This document shows positions 25,222 through 40,847 of a stretch of 64,000 nucleotides of DNA, piece by piece. The DNA comes from Chrysomallon squamiferum. Taxonomy: Eukaryota; Animalia; Mollusca. The stretch covers positions 7,378,001 to 7,442,000 of the forward strand of contig CM022665.1 of NCBI GenBank assembly GCA_012295275.1. Direction: 5' to 3'. The notes under the pieces are model-generated. The model did not search any database. It had not been told where the DNA came from and saw nothing but the letters and a program-made list of their open reading frames with translations. How positions within the stretch are numbered: position 1 is the stretch's first letter; each line of letters opens with the position of its first letter. The translations under genes were made by a program, and so were the position numbers.

Positions 25222-27019
25222 TTTTTGTACGTGCCGTGGGTGGATGAGTGAATCCGTATGTGTCTCTGTTACATAATACTGTATTTGTGTGATCGTTTAC
25301 TGTTAGTTTTTATAATTAAATATTTCACTTTAATGTATTAGAATTACTAAAATTACAGTGATATTATAGTATGATGTCATTATTTTTTTAAACAGTTGCG
25401 ATTTTGTAGACTTTCGGCATCAACAAACATACTCATCGTCCAGTAAATCGAGGATCAACTGTATTTGATTTTTTTTTTTTTGTAAGAAGTAAAAAGAACT
25501 TTCACTGGTGCGTTTGTTGTGCCGTTTCTTTTTCCAGTCTCCGCACAATTGATTTTAATTACTGTGTTACATATTTTATCTGTCATCTCTTCTATTGGTT
25601 TTTACACATGACTAGAGTTATTTTTCATCTGTTTTACTAATTTACGACATATTAAGCAATGTGATTGACAAATACCTTATTTTTATTTGTCAACTGAAAC
25701 TGTATAACTTGTTGAACCACTTTAAAATGTTTGTTTAGTCACACTTCAATCATGCTGCCTTGTCTTGTATGCTAACGAAGCTCATCATAATCATTACTCG
25801 TATGATCACCGTTAGCGTAATCATTACCATTTATTATAATTATTATTATCATTCAGGTTATTTATTTATTTATTTATTATTTTATTTTATTTTATTTTTT
25901 TTTTTTTATTATTATTATTTTTATTATTATTATTTATTATTACTATTAGACGTTGCTAGTGCTACCTGTCTTTTGTCAGCTTTTCCAGCAGTGCCCAACT
26001 CTGTCTGGACGCTGTTATACATACCTCTGCCGAGTTCTTTTATCTTTCTTTGGTTGTCTCCCATTTGTTACACACCCATTTGTTACACACCTAGTTGTTA
26101 CACAGTCGGCTTAAGGACTAAGTAATCTATAATTTTAGTGGAACAGTCCCTGTTCACTTGGCTGAAAACATTTTTATACTGATACGTGCTGCAACACCAT
26201 CATATATGCCCTAGAACTAGATGTATCGTTCATATGTACTAAATGAGATATAACAGTTCATATTATTCTACTCTTATCTGTAATAAATCATTTTCCAATA
26301 GTTTTGTAGACAGCTCAAGATAGCGCTTTGTAAGAAGGTGTATCCTTGTTTTGGCGATCTCATAATTTTCACTTGCTTCTCAAATGTTTTGGTGTCACGA
26401 AAAAAGTTTGAATTGTCACGATTTGTGAATGGTTGCCATTTATTACTTGATTTATTAACTGAATTAAATAAACGAGTGTATGTATAAATTAATGAGTACT
26501 GCTATATAAGTAAATAAATGAAGATAATAGCAACAGCGCCAGCAACGACAGTAATAAAAAAAAAAAAATAAGTGAGATGATGATAATTAAACGAATAAGT
26601 AAATCGATGATAACTAAACGAACAGATAATAAAATATTTAAAAAAAAAAAACAACAAAACACGCGTTATTATGGTTAAAGAGAATAATAATTTAACAGTG
26701 CCTAAAGGTGTTTTCTCTTATTTTTCGTGTATTGTTCATCGAACAATAGAGTTAGTTTAATGAGGCGAAAGATTACAATCATTAGAGAAGGATGTGTGGG
26801 CGTTGTAGTCGTACACTTGTCATGTAGCCGTGGAACAGAGCTGACGTCGGGATGTGATTTCCTGCAGCTCCATCGCCAGTTTGGTAAATAATATAATCTC
26901 CCGCAGGGCCAAATCCAGTATTTCATAAATCAGAGGGCGCTATCGTTGTAAAGGCTATAACTTTCAAGATGATGTAAATGAAGGAGAGAGAGATAAATAG
27001 AAAAACATCACGTGGTTAA

Positions 27020-27050
<31 letters not shown>

Positions 27051-27100
27051 AAATATAATAATAATAACATTAATAATAATAATAATAATAGTAATAATAA

Positions 27101-27139
<39 letters not shown>

Positions 27140-27973
27140 CATAATAATAATAATAACAACAACAACAATAATAATAAAGGGGCGTCGAATTCATCTCCCA
27201 GGACCTGCCAAGTTGTCATAATTATCGTATATACACGTATACATATGTTTCACTTCTGATAGTATTGCTATTTCCAAATTATTCTTTCTGAATTATCATG
27301 ACACTGAAAATCAACTTATAAGAAAGAAAGAAATTTATTTATTTATTTATTATATTTTATTTTTTTTTAAATGAAAGAAAATTATTTTTCAAAATAAATA
27401 ATAAATTGTTACCATAAATTTTATCACAAACTGACATCGTTTCTTTTTTTTTTTTTTTTTTTTTTCGTGCGAATCACGAGGTCAGTGTTAACTTTCTTAT
27501 GATATCAATAAACCGGTTCATTTACTTCCATTTTCTTATTATTAATAATGTGTCGGCGGCCTGATTTAGCCAAATTTGAGAACAGCATCTACAAAAGTCG
27601 CGTTTCAAAGCGCCAGCGACAGATCGATAGCAACCGTGTTCATGCAGCTCAGAACAAGTCTTGGCATTTACGAGAAAATTTGTTGAACAAGACGTTAGTA
27701 TGAATACACTTGCGATTCAATCAATAACTTGTAGCTCCACTCCAAAGGTTCTTCCAATAAAATCTATTCAGATTTTTCCACATTCCCCCCCCCCTTTTTT
27801 TTTCTACGAGTCAAAAGACAGGATGACGCAAACATTTTAACAAAAGTGATTTTTCGTTATCCTTTTCTTTAAAATGGGTTATTCGGTAAAAGTCTCTCTG
27901 AAACTTGTTTGAGGTTAATTTGTAAAATATTGTTAAAAATAATAAATAAAATAATAATAAACTTGAAACCTTA

Positions 27974-28040
<67 letters not shown>

Positions 28041-28574
28041 TCATAATCATAATAATTTAATAACTACAACAACAAAAACAATAATGAAAATGATAATAAT
28101 AATAATTACAGTAATGATTATGATAATGATTATAATAAATATTAAATGATGATGATGAAAAAACCCTTACAACTAGAGTACATGCAAAACAGAGGGAATT
28201 CGTTACTTAACTGAATCAGAAATATAAATGACATGCAGTTATTAATTTACTCTTGTAAGGCAGTACTCTGTCCTATAAACGGCAACAAATAATTAGTACT
28301 TTGCATTTATTTTCTCATATTACAGAATATGGCCTGAAAATATTGAAATATTAACTGTAGCTAATAGAATAAAATTAATTTTAAAAAGAAATAAAAAAAA
28401 AAAAAAAAAAGAAGAGAAAAATATTATAGAATTTTAAAAATCTGCTTTCTTCTTTTCCAGATAAAATACACCACTGCAGTGCAAACAGACAGTCAGATGT
28501 ATGTGTTTCTGAATAAATAACTCCTTCTTGGTTCATATTTTGAGCTTTCTGTATCAGTCAGTGCTTCGTGCTTT

Positions 28575-28690
28575 CGTGGTGTATAAAAAAAAAGCCTAAA
28601 AGATCCCTTTCTGCTAAACTGTAGCAGCAGTTCATGAAATGTCGGGTTTCCTCTCTCAGAGATCGTTATTTAAATATTACCATGATGGTA
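28575..28690 (+). mobile_element. Degenerate SINE fragment resembling the Nin domain
   Basis: aaaagatccctttctgctaa...cgggtttcctctctca resembles the Nin-SINE core as recalled; no intact tRNA-derived head is visible. Confidence 0.4.
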
Positions 28691-30129
28691 TTATTTTATT
28701 CATTCAGAACCACGTTAAACATATGATAATCATTGATATTAAAATGCTATCAGATATTTCAAAAAAAAAAAAAAAAATTTTAAAAAATGTTAATTTTAAA
28801 CATTTATCGATCATAAATTAACGAGAAACAATTCCATTCATTTATGAACGATAGATATTTTAAAGTACATAATTTAATTCCATTTTTTTTTGTAATACCT
28901 AAACTGCTCTTGTTCTAAAGAAACCTCGAGACGTGCTTATATCAGTCTTTTGTAAGAATCACTAGAGGTGAAAAACGTCTTCCTTGATTTTCTCGAAGAA
29001 GCATTTGAACTAAATGGTATAAAGGAGACGTCAAATGAAGAAGTCACTGGAAATAGAGGTTGAGTTTATTACATCAGACAAGATGATGACAGTACATTGA
29101 ATGTCGTAATGAGTTAGTCTGACTAGTTCAGATTTGACACTCTAATTCAACCGACAGGAAACTTTCCAGAAATCACATCAGCAGCAAATAGGAAATACAG
29201 CAATGCTTAAAATAAAATCAACAGCTGCGGGAGTGTCATGATCGAAGTGCCCGCGATCTACTTCAATTAAATGTAGGTCAGCAAATCCCTGCATAGGATT
29301 AACAAACAAAACAGTGGATTTCAGTGACTAGACTTAGTTACAACAGCTTAGGAGAATGTTGCATGCTGAGATATTTCAATTTTTTTTTTTTTTTTTTTTT
29401 TTTTAGGAAAATAGCATTTACAGATGACGTCAAACAGGCAGTCTTAGCAATGACTACGACAATCGCTTGTTTAGTTTAATAGAGAGACCAGACTAACAGT
29501 CATTGCTGACATAATGTATTCCTTTTCATTTCTCTTCTATTTAAACATTATAACCAGGGATGACTGAAGTACTTCTATTTTGTACTTGAGTTACACAATA
29601 TTGCTGTGATGTAACTGTATTGTTTTCCAATGATGGTGACGCTGAAGTATATAAATTAGATTTTATCTTGGGTACAAGAAATTCTCCGGATGCTAGCTGA
29701 TTGACTGTGATTAATATAGGCTATTTGTATGGACATCGCTGGTTTCCGCTCTGTCCATTTGATAGGTAATGATAAGAATTCTGAAATAATAATTATAGCA
29801 GCGACAGCAGACGATAAAATAAGAGAGTCTTACTATAGTTAGTTGATTCAGTGACGTGCATGTAATAAGACTGATTAACAATCTGCATCGTAAAATACCA
29901 CAGAGCAACTCGTGTTCCTTCTATTTTTAAAATAAGTGGTTATTTTATTTCAGCGTATGTTAAGCGAATACAAGAGTAAGGTACTTAACGACAAAGATAA
30001 TTGAAATGTAGTAACTAAAAATGTTTGCATGGCTTGTAATACCACATAGTTTATTATTTGTGTACAAGAACATACCTATATTAAACAAACCTGCTTCATA
30101 CGCGCATATACAAATACATGTATTCATTC

Positions 30130-30323
30130 ACATACGCACACACACACAAACACACACGCATATACACATATACATATAAATATATAAAAAATATACATGT
30201 ACATGTATACACACATACATACATACACACACACACACATACATACATACACACACATATACATACATAGATGCATACATACATACATACATACATACAT
30301 ACATACATACATACATACATACA

Positions 30324-30355
<32 letters not shown>

Positions 30356-30360
30356 CATAC
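30130..30360. repeat. (CA)n/(TACA)n compound microsatellite
   Basis: Read directly from the sequence. Confidence 0.95.
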
Positions 30361-30710
30361 TTACGTACATATCCAAATATACTTTTTTAAAATACAGATT
30401 ACCAGTGAAAATTGCCGAAAGCATTATTTCAGTTTTAAGACATTTTGCAAGCAACAGCCAGATAATATAAAATAGAAGTCCTTGAGCATTCATTTACTCC
30501 GTGTGATAGGAATCAGACAGATATTGATGTTCAGATAAAGAATTACTCATCACCGTTCGTTTAATTTCTCCCCGCTGATTTAGTTTCACCGTCAAACCAA
30601 GGTATTAATACTTATCCTGTATTCAGTAACGCTTTCACAAAAGGAGCAAGTTAAGTCACTGAAAATATAGATATTCTTTTTTTCTTCTTTTTTTTTTTTC
30701 CCCCTGCTTT

Positions 30711-30757
<47 letters not shown>

Positions 30758-32653
30758 TAGTTATTATTATTTTATTTATTTTATTTTATTTTATTTTGTT
30801 TATTATTATTATATTTTTTTAAATATCATTTTCTCGTTTTCTTTTACATTATGATATAAGGAATAGTAATGATAACGAGAAATAACTAAATAAAGAGGCT
30901 CTAAGCAGTTATTGAAGACTGCTGGCAAATAATTCCTCGACTGGAATAATCCTTCTACCAGAATGGATATGTTACCGATTTGTTCTCAAAATTAACCAGT
31001 CGGAATGCGTTTTTTTTTTTTTTTTTTTTTTTTTTCCTATTTCTCCGTCATATTTTAAGGCAATCTAATCAATTTTTGCAAGCGTTTCAGTTTTACGTTA
31101 TACAGGAGAAGCCAAGAATAGCCTAAGAGATGTCCATCCAATCATGATTGTCCATTAATAGTAACTAAAAATAGCGAGCAGAGTGAAGCCGTGTCGACTA
31201 TGAAGATATGACTCTTAGAATCAGAGAAGAACAGCGCAGGTCGTCTCAAAGATAAATGTATCATCAGCACGTGCATATTTTATGGAAAGTCACATGACCT
31301 AATTTAAAGCTCCAAGCTGACGACAGTCACTGTATTCTTTGATTTGGTACAATGTCTGGTTGCTGTTTTCTGCGGCGGGTTATGCATGATGACAGACAGC
31401 GAAGATGAGCGCCAAAGTGTAAGTAACCTTTTCTTTGCTGATTAGTTTCGCTCACAGATGAAATTTTAAAACATTTTTCTTTGAAACGTCTTTCCAACCA
31501 TATGGCCATATGTTTACATGGTATTTAACTGTAGAAAAGTCATAATGAGAAAGAAAAAAATACCTTGATGTTATTTGAGTAAGTAGACAGAGATTCGCCG
31601 ATAGTAGTAGATACATAAAAATGCTAAATCATACACGGCAAGTAGAATATACAAATAGATATGTAGCTATATAATATATATATATATACAGATAGACAGA
31701 TCTTAGATAGATGGAAGGATGGAGAAATGAATGGACTGACTGACAGACTGATGAACGAATGGACAGACGCAAAGATGGACAGACACTCATTATGTGCAAT
31801 TTTGAGCGGTTTTTTTAAAATTATTTTATTATTATTATTATCATCGTGTGTGTGTGTGTGGGTTGTTGTTGTTGTTGTTATTGTCTGGTACTGAAAAGGT
31901 AAATGATCTTATCGCGATGATAAACAACAGTATGGATTATGGACAGACGGACAAGAAGACAGGCAGGAGAGACAGATATCACAATGGGAAAAACACGTTA
32001 TAACAGCATCATTTCGATTTGAAAATACCTCCAACATGTATATTATCCGGGCTACATGATCACGAAATTAATTAGTTTCCATTTCAGTATTACATTGGTA
32101 TTTTATAAAACTCTAACGTGTATAAATTCTTGTAGTTGCGTGAATTTCTCAGAAACTTGATATTAGTATAATCCAGTAGTTTATTAGAAAATCTTTACAC
32201 TGAAATAATGTGTTTCAGGATATATTCAATTCGCAGTTGTGATATGACTGTCATATAACGCCCATTATATTCTAATAATTAATCACAAAACACGACAACA
32301 GCACACCTGTTTCCTTTCATTAATATTTTTCACTATTTCCTTGTTTTATTATCATCCACCATCATCATTATTATTATTCATTAATTTATTTTTATATATA
32401 TATATATATATATTTTTTTTTTTTTCTCTGATTTTTTGGTGTATGTGCCTTGTTTTATTTCGTTGTTACTTATTTATTTATTATATTGTTGTTGTTGTTG
32501 TTTTCTTTACTCACAATTCATTCCTACATTTAGGCCAGTGAGTGCAGTTAGGTTTTTAATTTTAAATTTAACAAATCCAAAAGGAAATTATTTCCACTGA
32601 ATAAAAAAATATCTCTGATGTTATAACGTATATGTTTTTTCTTGATATTTGAA

Positions 32654-32697
<44 letters not shown>

Positions 32698-32842
32698 TAA
32701 ATGATAATAACACAATAATAATAATAATAAATATAAATAATAATAACACAATAATAATAATAAATATAAATAATAATAACACAATAATAATAATAAATAT
32801 AAATAATAATAACACAATAATAATAATAATAATAATAATAAC
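32654..32842. repeat. (AAT)n-derived higher-order repeat with 33-36 bp units
   Basis: aaatataaataataataacacaataataataat occurs four times. Confidence 0.85.
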
Positions 32843-33151
32843 ATATGTATATATAACAGTTGCTAAGAATACAAAGGTCATGAACTTCTATGACCACACT
32901 TAGAGAATAACACAAAAGTTGAAATAAAACTTACTTTTTTGTTTCAGTAAGGCAAGTCAGTTTGTACTAGAATTTTTTTTTAGGAATACGTGAAAGAAAG
33001 TTCAGGAAATAATTTGCCACCAAGCTAAGGATTTGCAAAGATTTGGTAAAACCAATGAATGGAAATTGAATGGGACTGGACAGAATTAGAACTGCAGCTG
33101 CTACCAAAGACAGACTGTCGTGTCAGACTGAGACGTTTCTGTTACCCCAGC

Positions 33152-33154
<3 letters not shown>

Positions 33155-33188
<34 letters not shown>

Positions 33189-33200
33189 GCACGCACACAG

Positions 33201-33292
<92 letters not shown>
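33155..33292. repeat. (CA)n-(GA)n compound microsatellite
   Basis: Read directly from the sequence. Confidence 0.95.
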
Positions 33293-33294
<2 letters not shown>

Positions 33295-33796
33295 GATGCA
33301 GGCAGTGCATTGCGAATATCTTACATTTCACTGATTTATTATTATTACCCCGCTGAAGAGACAATCATGTCAGAATGCTTTCTCGCAAAAGTGCTTGATG
33401 ATTGGGTGATTTCGTATCGTATTCGACGTATTTAGAAATAACTTACTTTAACCTCGATGAAATCGTCAGTGTTCTCGCAAGAAAATTATCTTCGTTAAGC
33501 TATGACAGACCATCCTTTACAAATGAACATTTCCTCGGCATAATTTGCAATCCTTAATTATTCTATAAATAAAACATAGCTTTCTTGTCGCTGTTGTCCA
33601 TGATAATTATAGTTTAGTTAGTCGGTTTTTACTGGAAGATGTTTTATAAGTTCCTTTCGGCCGAAAACTAATTAACACAAATTATTAACACACCTTATGA
33701 AAGCATATGATGTGGGGTTTGTACGAAAAAGTAATTAAAAACTAATTATTAGTGGTTACAAACGTCAGAAATATCAGATTTCGTTTCTAATAAGCA

Positions 33797-33820
33797 ATAT
33801 ATATATATATATATATATAT

Positions 33821-33873
<53 letters not shown>

Positions 33874-33895
33874 CAAATAGATAGATAGATAGATA
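33797..33895. repeat. (TA)n-(GATA)n microsatellite
   Basis: Read directly from the sequence. Confidence 0.9.
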
Positions 33896-35783
33896 TCGTT
33901 GTTTATTAAATTTTATTGTTTTAAAACTACACCCATTGTTCGCCATTTTGGTCTTACGTATACAAGTTCGTGGTCAAAAGGAAACACAAATATTACCTTA
34001 TAAGGTATAAAATCGTTGTCTCAGTTTCCTTCAAGATGAAATCACATGCAGTTAACATAGACTGTAAAAAATCAATAATTTACTACCGTGTGTTACCAGA
34101 GAAAACAAATAACAGAAATATTAAGAAAATAATTAATAACCTGAGGTTTCTGCAGTATCTAATATCAGTCTCCTAACTGTATTAGTATAAGCTCTTTGCT
34201 CACGTGTGTATGAAACACAGTATTTATTTTCTGATGGAGTTCGTGTTAAATATTGCTGGTATTAACCTACAAACTGTAGCAGGGGTCACATTATTAAGAT
34301 ATACTTTAGATGACACAAACAAATAATCTAAATTATAAATGATCTGTCTGTCTATATCTGTATCCTTTTATCTATATCAGTATAGGCAGATAGATAGACA
34401 GATAGACAGACAGACAACTAGACAGAGAGACAGACAGACAGACAGATATTAACCATTTTACATCTATTTATCTTTCAATCTGTCTCTACTGATATAGATA
34501 AATATATTAATCAGTCCATTTTTATTATCTTGATAAAATCATTATTGAAATATTTTTCATTCATTGTTATTCACTCAGTGGAATACTGTGAATTATTCCT
34601 TTTTATAACTCTCTGGGTAGAACCGAAATGACGTCATGCGGGAAGTCATCTTTTAATCAAATTACCTTCATGAACATTTTTATAACCCACTGGATTTTCT
34701 TTTCTCCGTCAAAGTAATAATCTGGCAAATCAAATGATTTTCAGTTCATGAAAACGTAGGTGTACATGTCTAAGTAACTAACACAATGCACCACTGATTG
34801 AGTCTGGTATCAGATACTTATCTCAATAATTTTGTTTTCGAAAGGTCGAGTTTGGACAAAATTCGGCTACACTTAGTGATGTAGAATAATGAGACATAAC
34901 CAGTGCGTCCATTATTTTTGTTTGAATTATTAATAAGGTGTGCCTTCGTTTGATTTATTGACACTTTGTATGTCTGCGTCTCTGGAGTAATTCGGATGCT
35001 TGGAGAAACTTTTAAATCTTTATTTCAAGATAACTGCTACGTTTAACACAGTTATAGTTTCACAATGATGAATTTAGATCATTCCTTTCGAAATGTTTTT
35101 CGGATGTAATTATTAACATGGCCATAACTTAGGATGAGCGTTTTAAAATTAATTTCGTCATGGACTTGAATTGAGTCTTTTTATGGTGCAGGTTAAAATG
35201 CTTCAAAAAATCCTCATGTATTTCCCAGTCGATCTCAGTGAAAATGTTACAGTTAGCAGCATGTATTATGAAACGAAACACAGTTTGTAAATCCACTGAC
35301 ATTTCTAAATGTTCTCTACACTTACAAATGAAGGTGTGTATGTGAAACGACTTCAGCTGATCAGTTTTGTCAGCATACTTTCTAATTGGGTATCTTGCCA
35401 CAAATGAAAACATTTCTCTGTTGACCAAAAACTGTGGGATTCAGGAAAAAGGAAAACAGTTATTATGATAGATTTAGTCTAAGAAGGGTTTGCAATATAG
35501 TGAAAAAGGCACACACACACACACACACAATAATAATAATAAATAAATATGTTAATTAATTAAAATAAATTAAACTGTGAGAATAAATGGCGTTGTTGTT
35601 GAAAATCCATGAGTAATTTTCAAATTCTTAAAGGTGAAAGGAGGGGATATAGGTACGTTTGTTAAATTCAGAATTAAACTATAATAAACTGTATTTAAAT
35701 GTTGCAAAATTAAATGTAAAAAAAAAATAAAATAATTCTAAGTTAGTGTGTGGTTTGCTGGTTTTCCAAAAACACTGGTGCGA

Positions 35784-35825
<42 letters not shown>

Positions 35826-38223
35826 ATTGCTTACATCACTTTTGTTTTGTTTTTGTTGTTTCTCCTTTGAACATCCGTTATATGCATATCAAATTCTTCA
35901 AAACGATCGTTGTTCAATGCTGGTCTCATGACAGTTCTGAAAATACTTGCTGGTTCTAAACATTTTTGGTATAGTTGACGTTTCTCGTTTTTCTTGATTT
36001 CATTACGTATCAGGCTTGCTTATAGATTATTGTGATATAATTCAAGACAAAACTTGCAGTAGCGTTTTCATTATTCGATGATTTATAGAATATACAGTCT
36101 TTTTGATGACCCTTTTGAGGTACTATTAGTTCAGGCTAATAGCATTAGCAAATGTCAATCCTCATCTTTAAGCTTTCCCTTTTTTTTTTTCTGCTTCATG
36201 ATTTTGTGTACTAACTTTAGGCACAATTTTGGCCGCTGACAAACGCATTTAATGTTAATTATATAGTGCTCAAACATCTGGAAAATGTCACGCATATTGC
36301 AGTGTCTAAATTTCATAACCAGTCTCCATCGTTACGTCTCGGTTGTGCAAGTACTTTGTGATAGTCAGTACTTACAATTTCTGTTGCATTGCGTTTCCAC
36401 CAAATTCAATAAAGAGCTCAAAACGTAAACGCCTCGTGTATTAAATTTCACAAAAGGGCAAACACCACTTACACAGGAAAATTATTACTTATTTAGTTAT
36501 TAAACACTATCAAGTTTCGAAATACGAAATAGACTGAATCCATTTTCGACAGTTTTTTTACTTGTTTTTATTTTTAGTTTGTCCGCTTTTTTGTTGTTGT
36601 TATGTTTATTTTATTTATTTTTTATTATAGGTTTTTGTTATGGTTTATTGTTTGTTTGTTTGGGAGGGGGTGTATTTTATTGTTGTATTTTTGTTTTTGT
36701 TATTTTTATTTTATTTTATTTTATTTCTGTTGCTATTCACTGCAGGTTAACAATTTAACAATAAAATCGTTTAGTTAAGGTGCCCAAATCAGCCTTTCGT
36801 GATAAACAATAAAATTACAAAGCATTTAAATTTAATTTGCTCTGGATTCTTTATGATTCATGCATCACATATCAGGGTTTCAAAAACTAACCATTTAAAA
36901 TTAACTATATGTTTAATTATTTATATATAATAATAATAATAAGAATAAGAATAAGAATAAAAATACTAATAATAAATGTATATATTAGTTACTTGACAGA
37001 AATAGTACTTTTTGCTATACGAGTTCACCATGTCCATTTGACGTGAAAACCACCTCCATGAACTTTTCCTTTTGCTGTTCAGGAAGTATTTATAATTTTC
37101 TGAACGAAAAATACCTACAAAAACACACATATGCATGGAACAGAGGTAAGTGCCTTTAACTTCCAAAACTAATATTTCATGTAGATCATGTTTTTAACTT
37201 AACTTGTGCAAATATCTGATTTAGCGGAAAGGATCGTAAACAGTAATTGTTAGGTAACGTGATCAAACGCTTCAATTTGATTGGATGTTTCTTTTTTTTT
37301 CTTTTTTTTAATTATTATTCTACTTCATTAGAAAAAAAATGTTTATAATTATATATATATATATATATATATATACACGTAATTAATTACCTATAATTTA
37401 AGCTAGGGTGGAATTTTAATTTCATGCAATGAACTTGATGTGTTGAACATTTCACTGAATTATCTTGCTTTTTGAGGGAAAAGGGACAGAAATACAGGAA
37501 TTTTCGGAACATAAGAATTTAATTGCCATTACTCCATTATTTTTCTAGTTATCATCATAAATATAATTTTATTTATTTATTGTTTTTATTTATATTATTA
37601 TTATTTTTTTTTTTTTTTTAGTTATCTTTCCAGTGATGCAGAAATAATTTTAATCTCGAAAACTTTTACCTCTGTATAAATGTATATGTTTGAAATAAAT
37701 ATAATAAAAAAAATAAAGAAAATCATAAATCGGAGACTGTTCGTTTGAAACAATAATTTAATCATAGTCACGAAAGCAATCGTTTGCACTATTGTATTTA
37801 TAGACAGCCTATCAATGAATCCAAGTCTCATTTTACACAACGGTAACTGTAATTATTATTCTTCAAGTTGTCTCTGCAAGTCGCCTTGTCAGAACGCAGC
37901 TTAACGCGTCATCACTGACCTTTAACCTAGGAACTCACCATAACCCCTGCTGTTAATAATAGGCTGTTCCAATTCATCAAAATAACAAGCTTAGCTTCTG
38001 TAGCACACGCTACAATGTTTTAAAATTACGGTACAGTTGTGAAAACATAGTAAGAAACTGCAAAACAACTATCACATGAACCGTTATGTAGACCAACGTA
38101 CGGTACATGATAAGTAGTTAATGTCCATTATGTCGGCTCCCTGTTTTATGGTACCATCAACTATTTGTAAGTGTGGCTGACGAGAAGTTTACACACCTCC
38201 GTCTTTACACGACGTACTTTGAA

Positions 38224-38459
38224 ATGAGGTAAGTCCTATAATTCATATTTAAGATACTTATTTTATATGGGGTTTTCTTCAGCAATTATTACGGTTTATA
38301 CACCATTGTCGCTTATTCTAGAACACTTTAAAAACTTTCTACCCGTTATTCCGAAAATGGTCGCGCGTCAGTAACGTTTGACAATGACAGATAAAACAGT
38401 CGAGAGACATGTAAATCCTTTATTACGAAGTTGTTATGACACCAGATTTCACAAACACA

Positions 38460-38513
<54 letters not shown>

Positions 38514-39162
38514 GCATTACGATAACACAAATTGTTAGTGTTGTAAGACATCCAGCATTCCATGTTTAAATACATAACAAATACAGTTAATCACTTAATG
38601 AATTTATTTTCACTGTTTCTTCTTATTGTTTTCCATATTCTTTCTTGTTTCTATTAATAAATGTTTTGGTTATTATATAAAATTTATCTAAAGAACTTGT
38701 TTAATTATGATAAATCACTACAGAATTGGTCTCCACCTTTTAAAGAGGTGTAACAAAATTTCAGTCAATTTTTACAGTCATATTTCTGTTAGTTTATTCA
38801 CACATTTCATTTCAGATTTTACAGTCTTTTTTCAGTTTAGTTTTGCAGTCATATTTCAGTTCAGTTTTTACACACATGCATTACATGAGAATCTTTTCAT
38901 ACTGCCCAAATGAATAGATTCTGACATCTCACTTCCTTTCCATTTCCATTTAAATCACAGCCATGACTTTGATTTCTCAGTTCAATTTCTACACAGTCAT
39001 ATTTGTATCAGTTTTTACAGTCATATTTCTGTTCAGTTTTTGCAGTCACATTTCAGTTCAGTGTTTACACAGTCATATATATGTCTGTTCAGTTTTTACT
39101 GTAGTATTACTCTCCATTGTTTACACAGTCATATTTCTGTGCCCTTTTTTACAGCCATTTTT

Positions 39163-39198
<36 letters not shown>

Positions 39199-40815
39199 GT
39201 TCTATTTTAGTTTAATCTTCACAGTCATTTTTCTGTATGGTTTTTAAAGTCATATTTCACTTCTCTGTTCACAGTGTTTACACAGTCATATTTAATATCA
39301 TTTTTACAGTTATAGTTCTGTTAATTTGCCAAAAAGTCTCTACTGCTTCCTATTTTTCATACTTAACGCATCTAAATCAATACCGTGCTTCATAATATTT
39401 GTGTTAGGAAATGAGTAAAGTGTAATTTGTAGCTTTATTGAATATTTGTATCTCCTGTTTTGTCAATTTATAAATAACTTGTCCGCTGAAGTCAGGGTCA
39501 GGCCAGCGAGATGGGTGGGGGTTCCCTGTGATGAATACTTTTAGCAGCTGTTCAGCATTGTCTACAAAAATGTTTGTCTACTTAGTTTTATTATTGCCAT
39601 CTGAATCTCAACATAACATACAATGGCAGAAGATCATGTAATAAGTTTAAAGCTTTGTAACTTTAGAAAAAAGATTTAAAAAAAAGTGGAGTAGGATTGA
39701 GAGCTGCTGGATACTGTCACGCATTTGTCCCTGGAGAGTTGCAGTGACACAAATTAATTCCACTTTATGATAAACCGATTTAGTCAACACCCACACTTTA
39801 TTGGAATGACCTTTCATTTGCAGTCCTGTTACTTGTTTGGCAGTATTTGAAACCAGAGCGGAACAAAACAGAGAAATGAAAAACTGAATAATGTGTAGGG
39901 GTTAGATTGATACAGTCACATGCACACTCAGAGACTCACATTTATATACAAAAAAATTTAAAAAAATAAAATTAAAAAGTTAGAGAAGGTTGGCACATCC
40001 ATTTTAAATTAATTTCACTGTTATGGCCATTATTTGCTATTTTATATAATTAAAAGCTATTTTTGTACTGTTCTTTCAGATATCTTTTTTTTTCTTTTTT
40101 TCTGCAGTAACGCAGCTTACATTTTGCAGTAAATAATTAATAAAAAGAAACAACAACACCCAAAACAGTTTTAAAAGTACATCCCTCTCACAACACACAC
40201 TACTATTTTTATTTATTTTTTGAAACATATCTGAGTTGTCTGTTGCACGTATTTATTACAGTTTATAAATTACGTTAAGAAACATTTATTTCTGGTGCTT
40301 CCTCTGAGATAATCTAATTAGAGAGAATTTAGTGCAATGTGAAAATTAAGAAAACGTGTTTTCTCCGCAGTTAACCATATAACACACACTGATGATTATG
40401 AAATAACTGTTTCTAATTTAGAACCAAAAGAAAAAAAAAAAAAAAAAAAAGGATGTCAGTAAACAAGAAGCTGCTAATGGGGTGAAGTAAAACTAGAGAC
40501 GAGTGGCTTTTACACTGTACACTCTAAGTCTTCTGTTTACTGAGACCACCTACATGCTCACTTCATTGTTGATGTAATTATGTCTGGTAATTATGTGCGT
40601 ATGATACAGGCAGTGTGTAAAATTAGTAATTTCATATTGTACCTCTGACACCAGCCATTTTATGTCACGCTTAGGATCTTGAGTTATTTCGTATAATGAA
40701 GGTAAATTATAAATACATTATATGCAAATGTTTATTTTTCTGGGTTTTTTTTTTTTTTTTTTAATTATTATTATTATTATTGTTATTATTATTGTTATTG
40801 TTATTATTATTGTTA

Positions 40816-40847
<32 letters not shown>

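Noticed and set aside
30096-30493. MYVC/HTYI repeat ORFs
   Set aside because: Translations of a (TACA)n microsatellite.
33059-33435. ER-repeat and SL-repeat ORFs
   Set aside because: Translations of (GA)n and (CA)n tracts.
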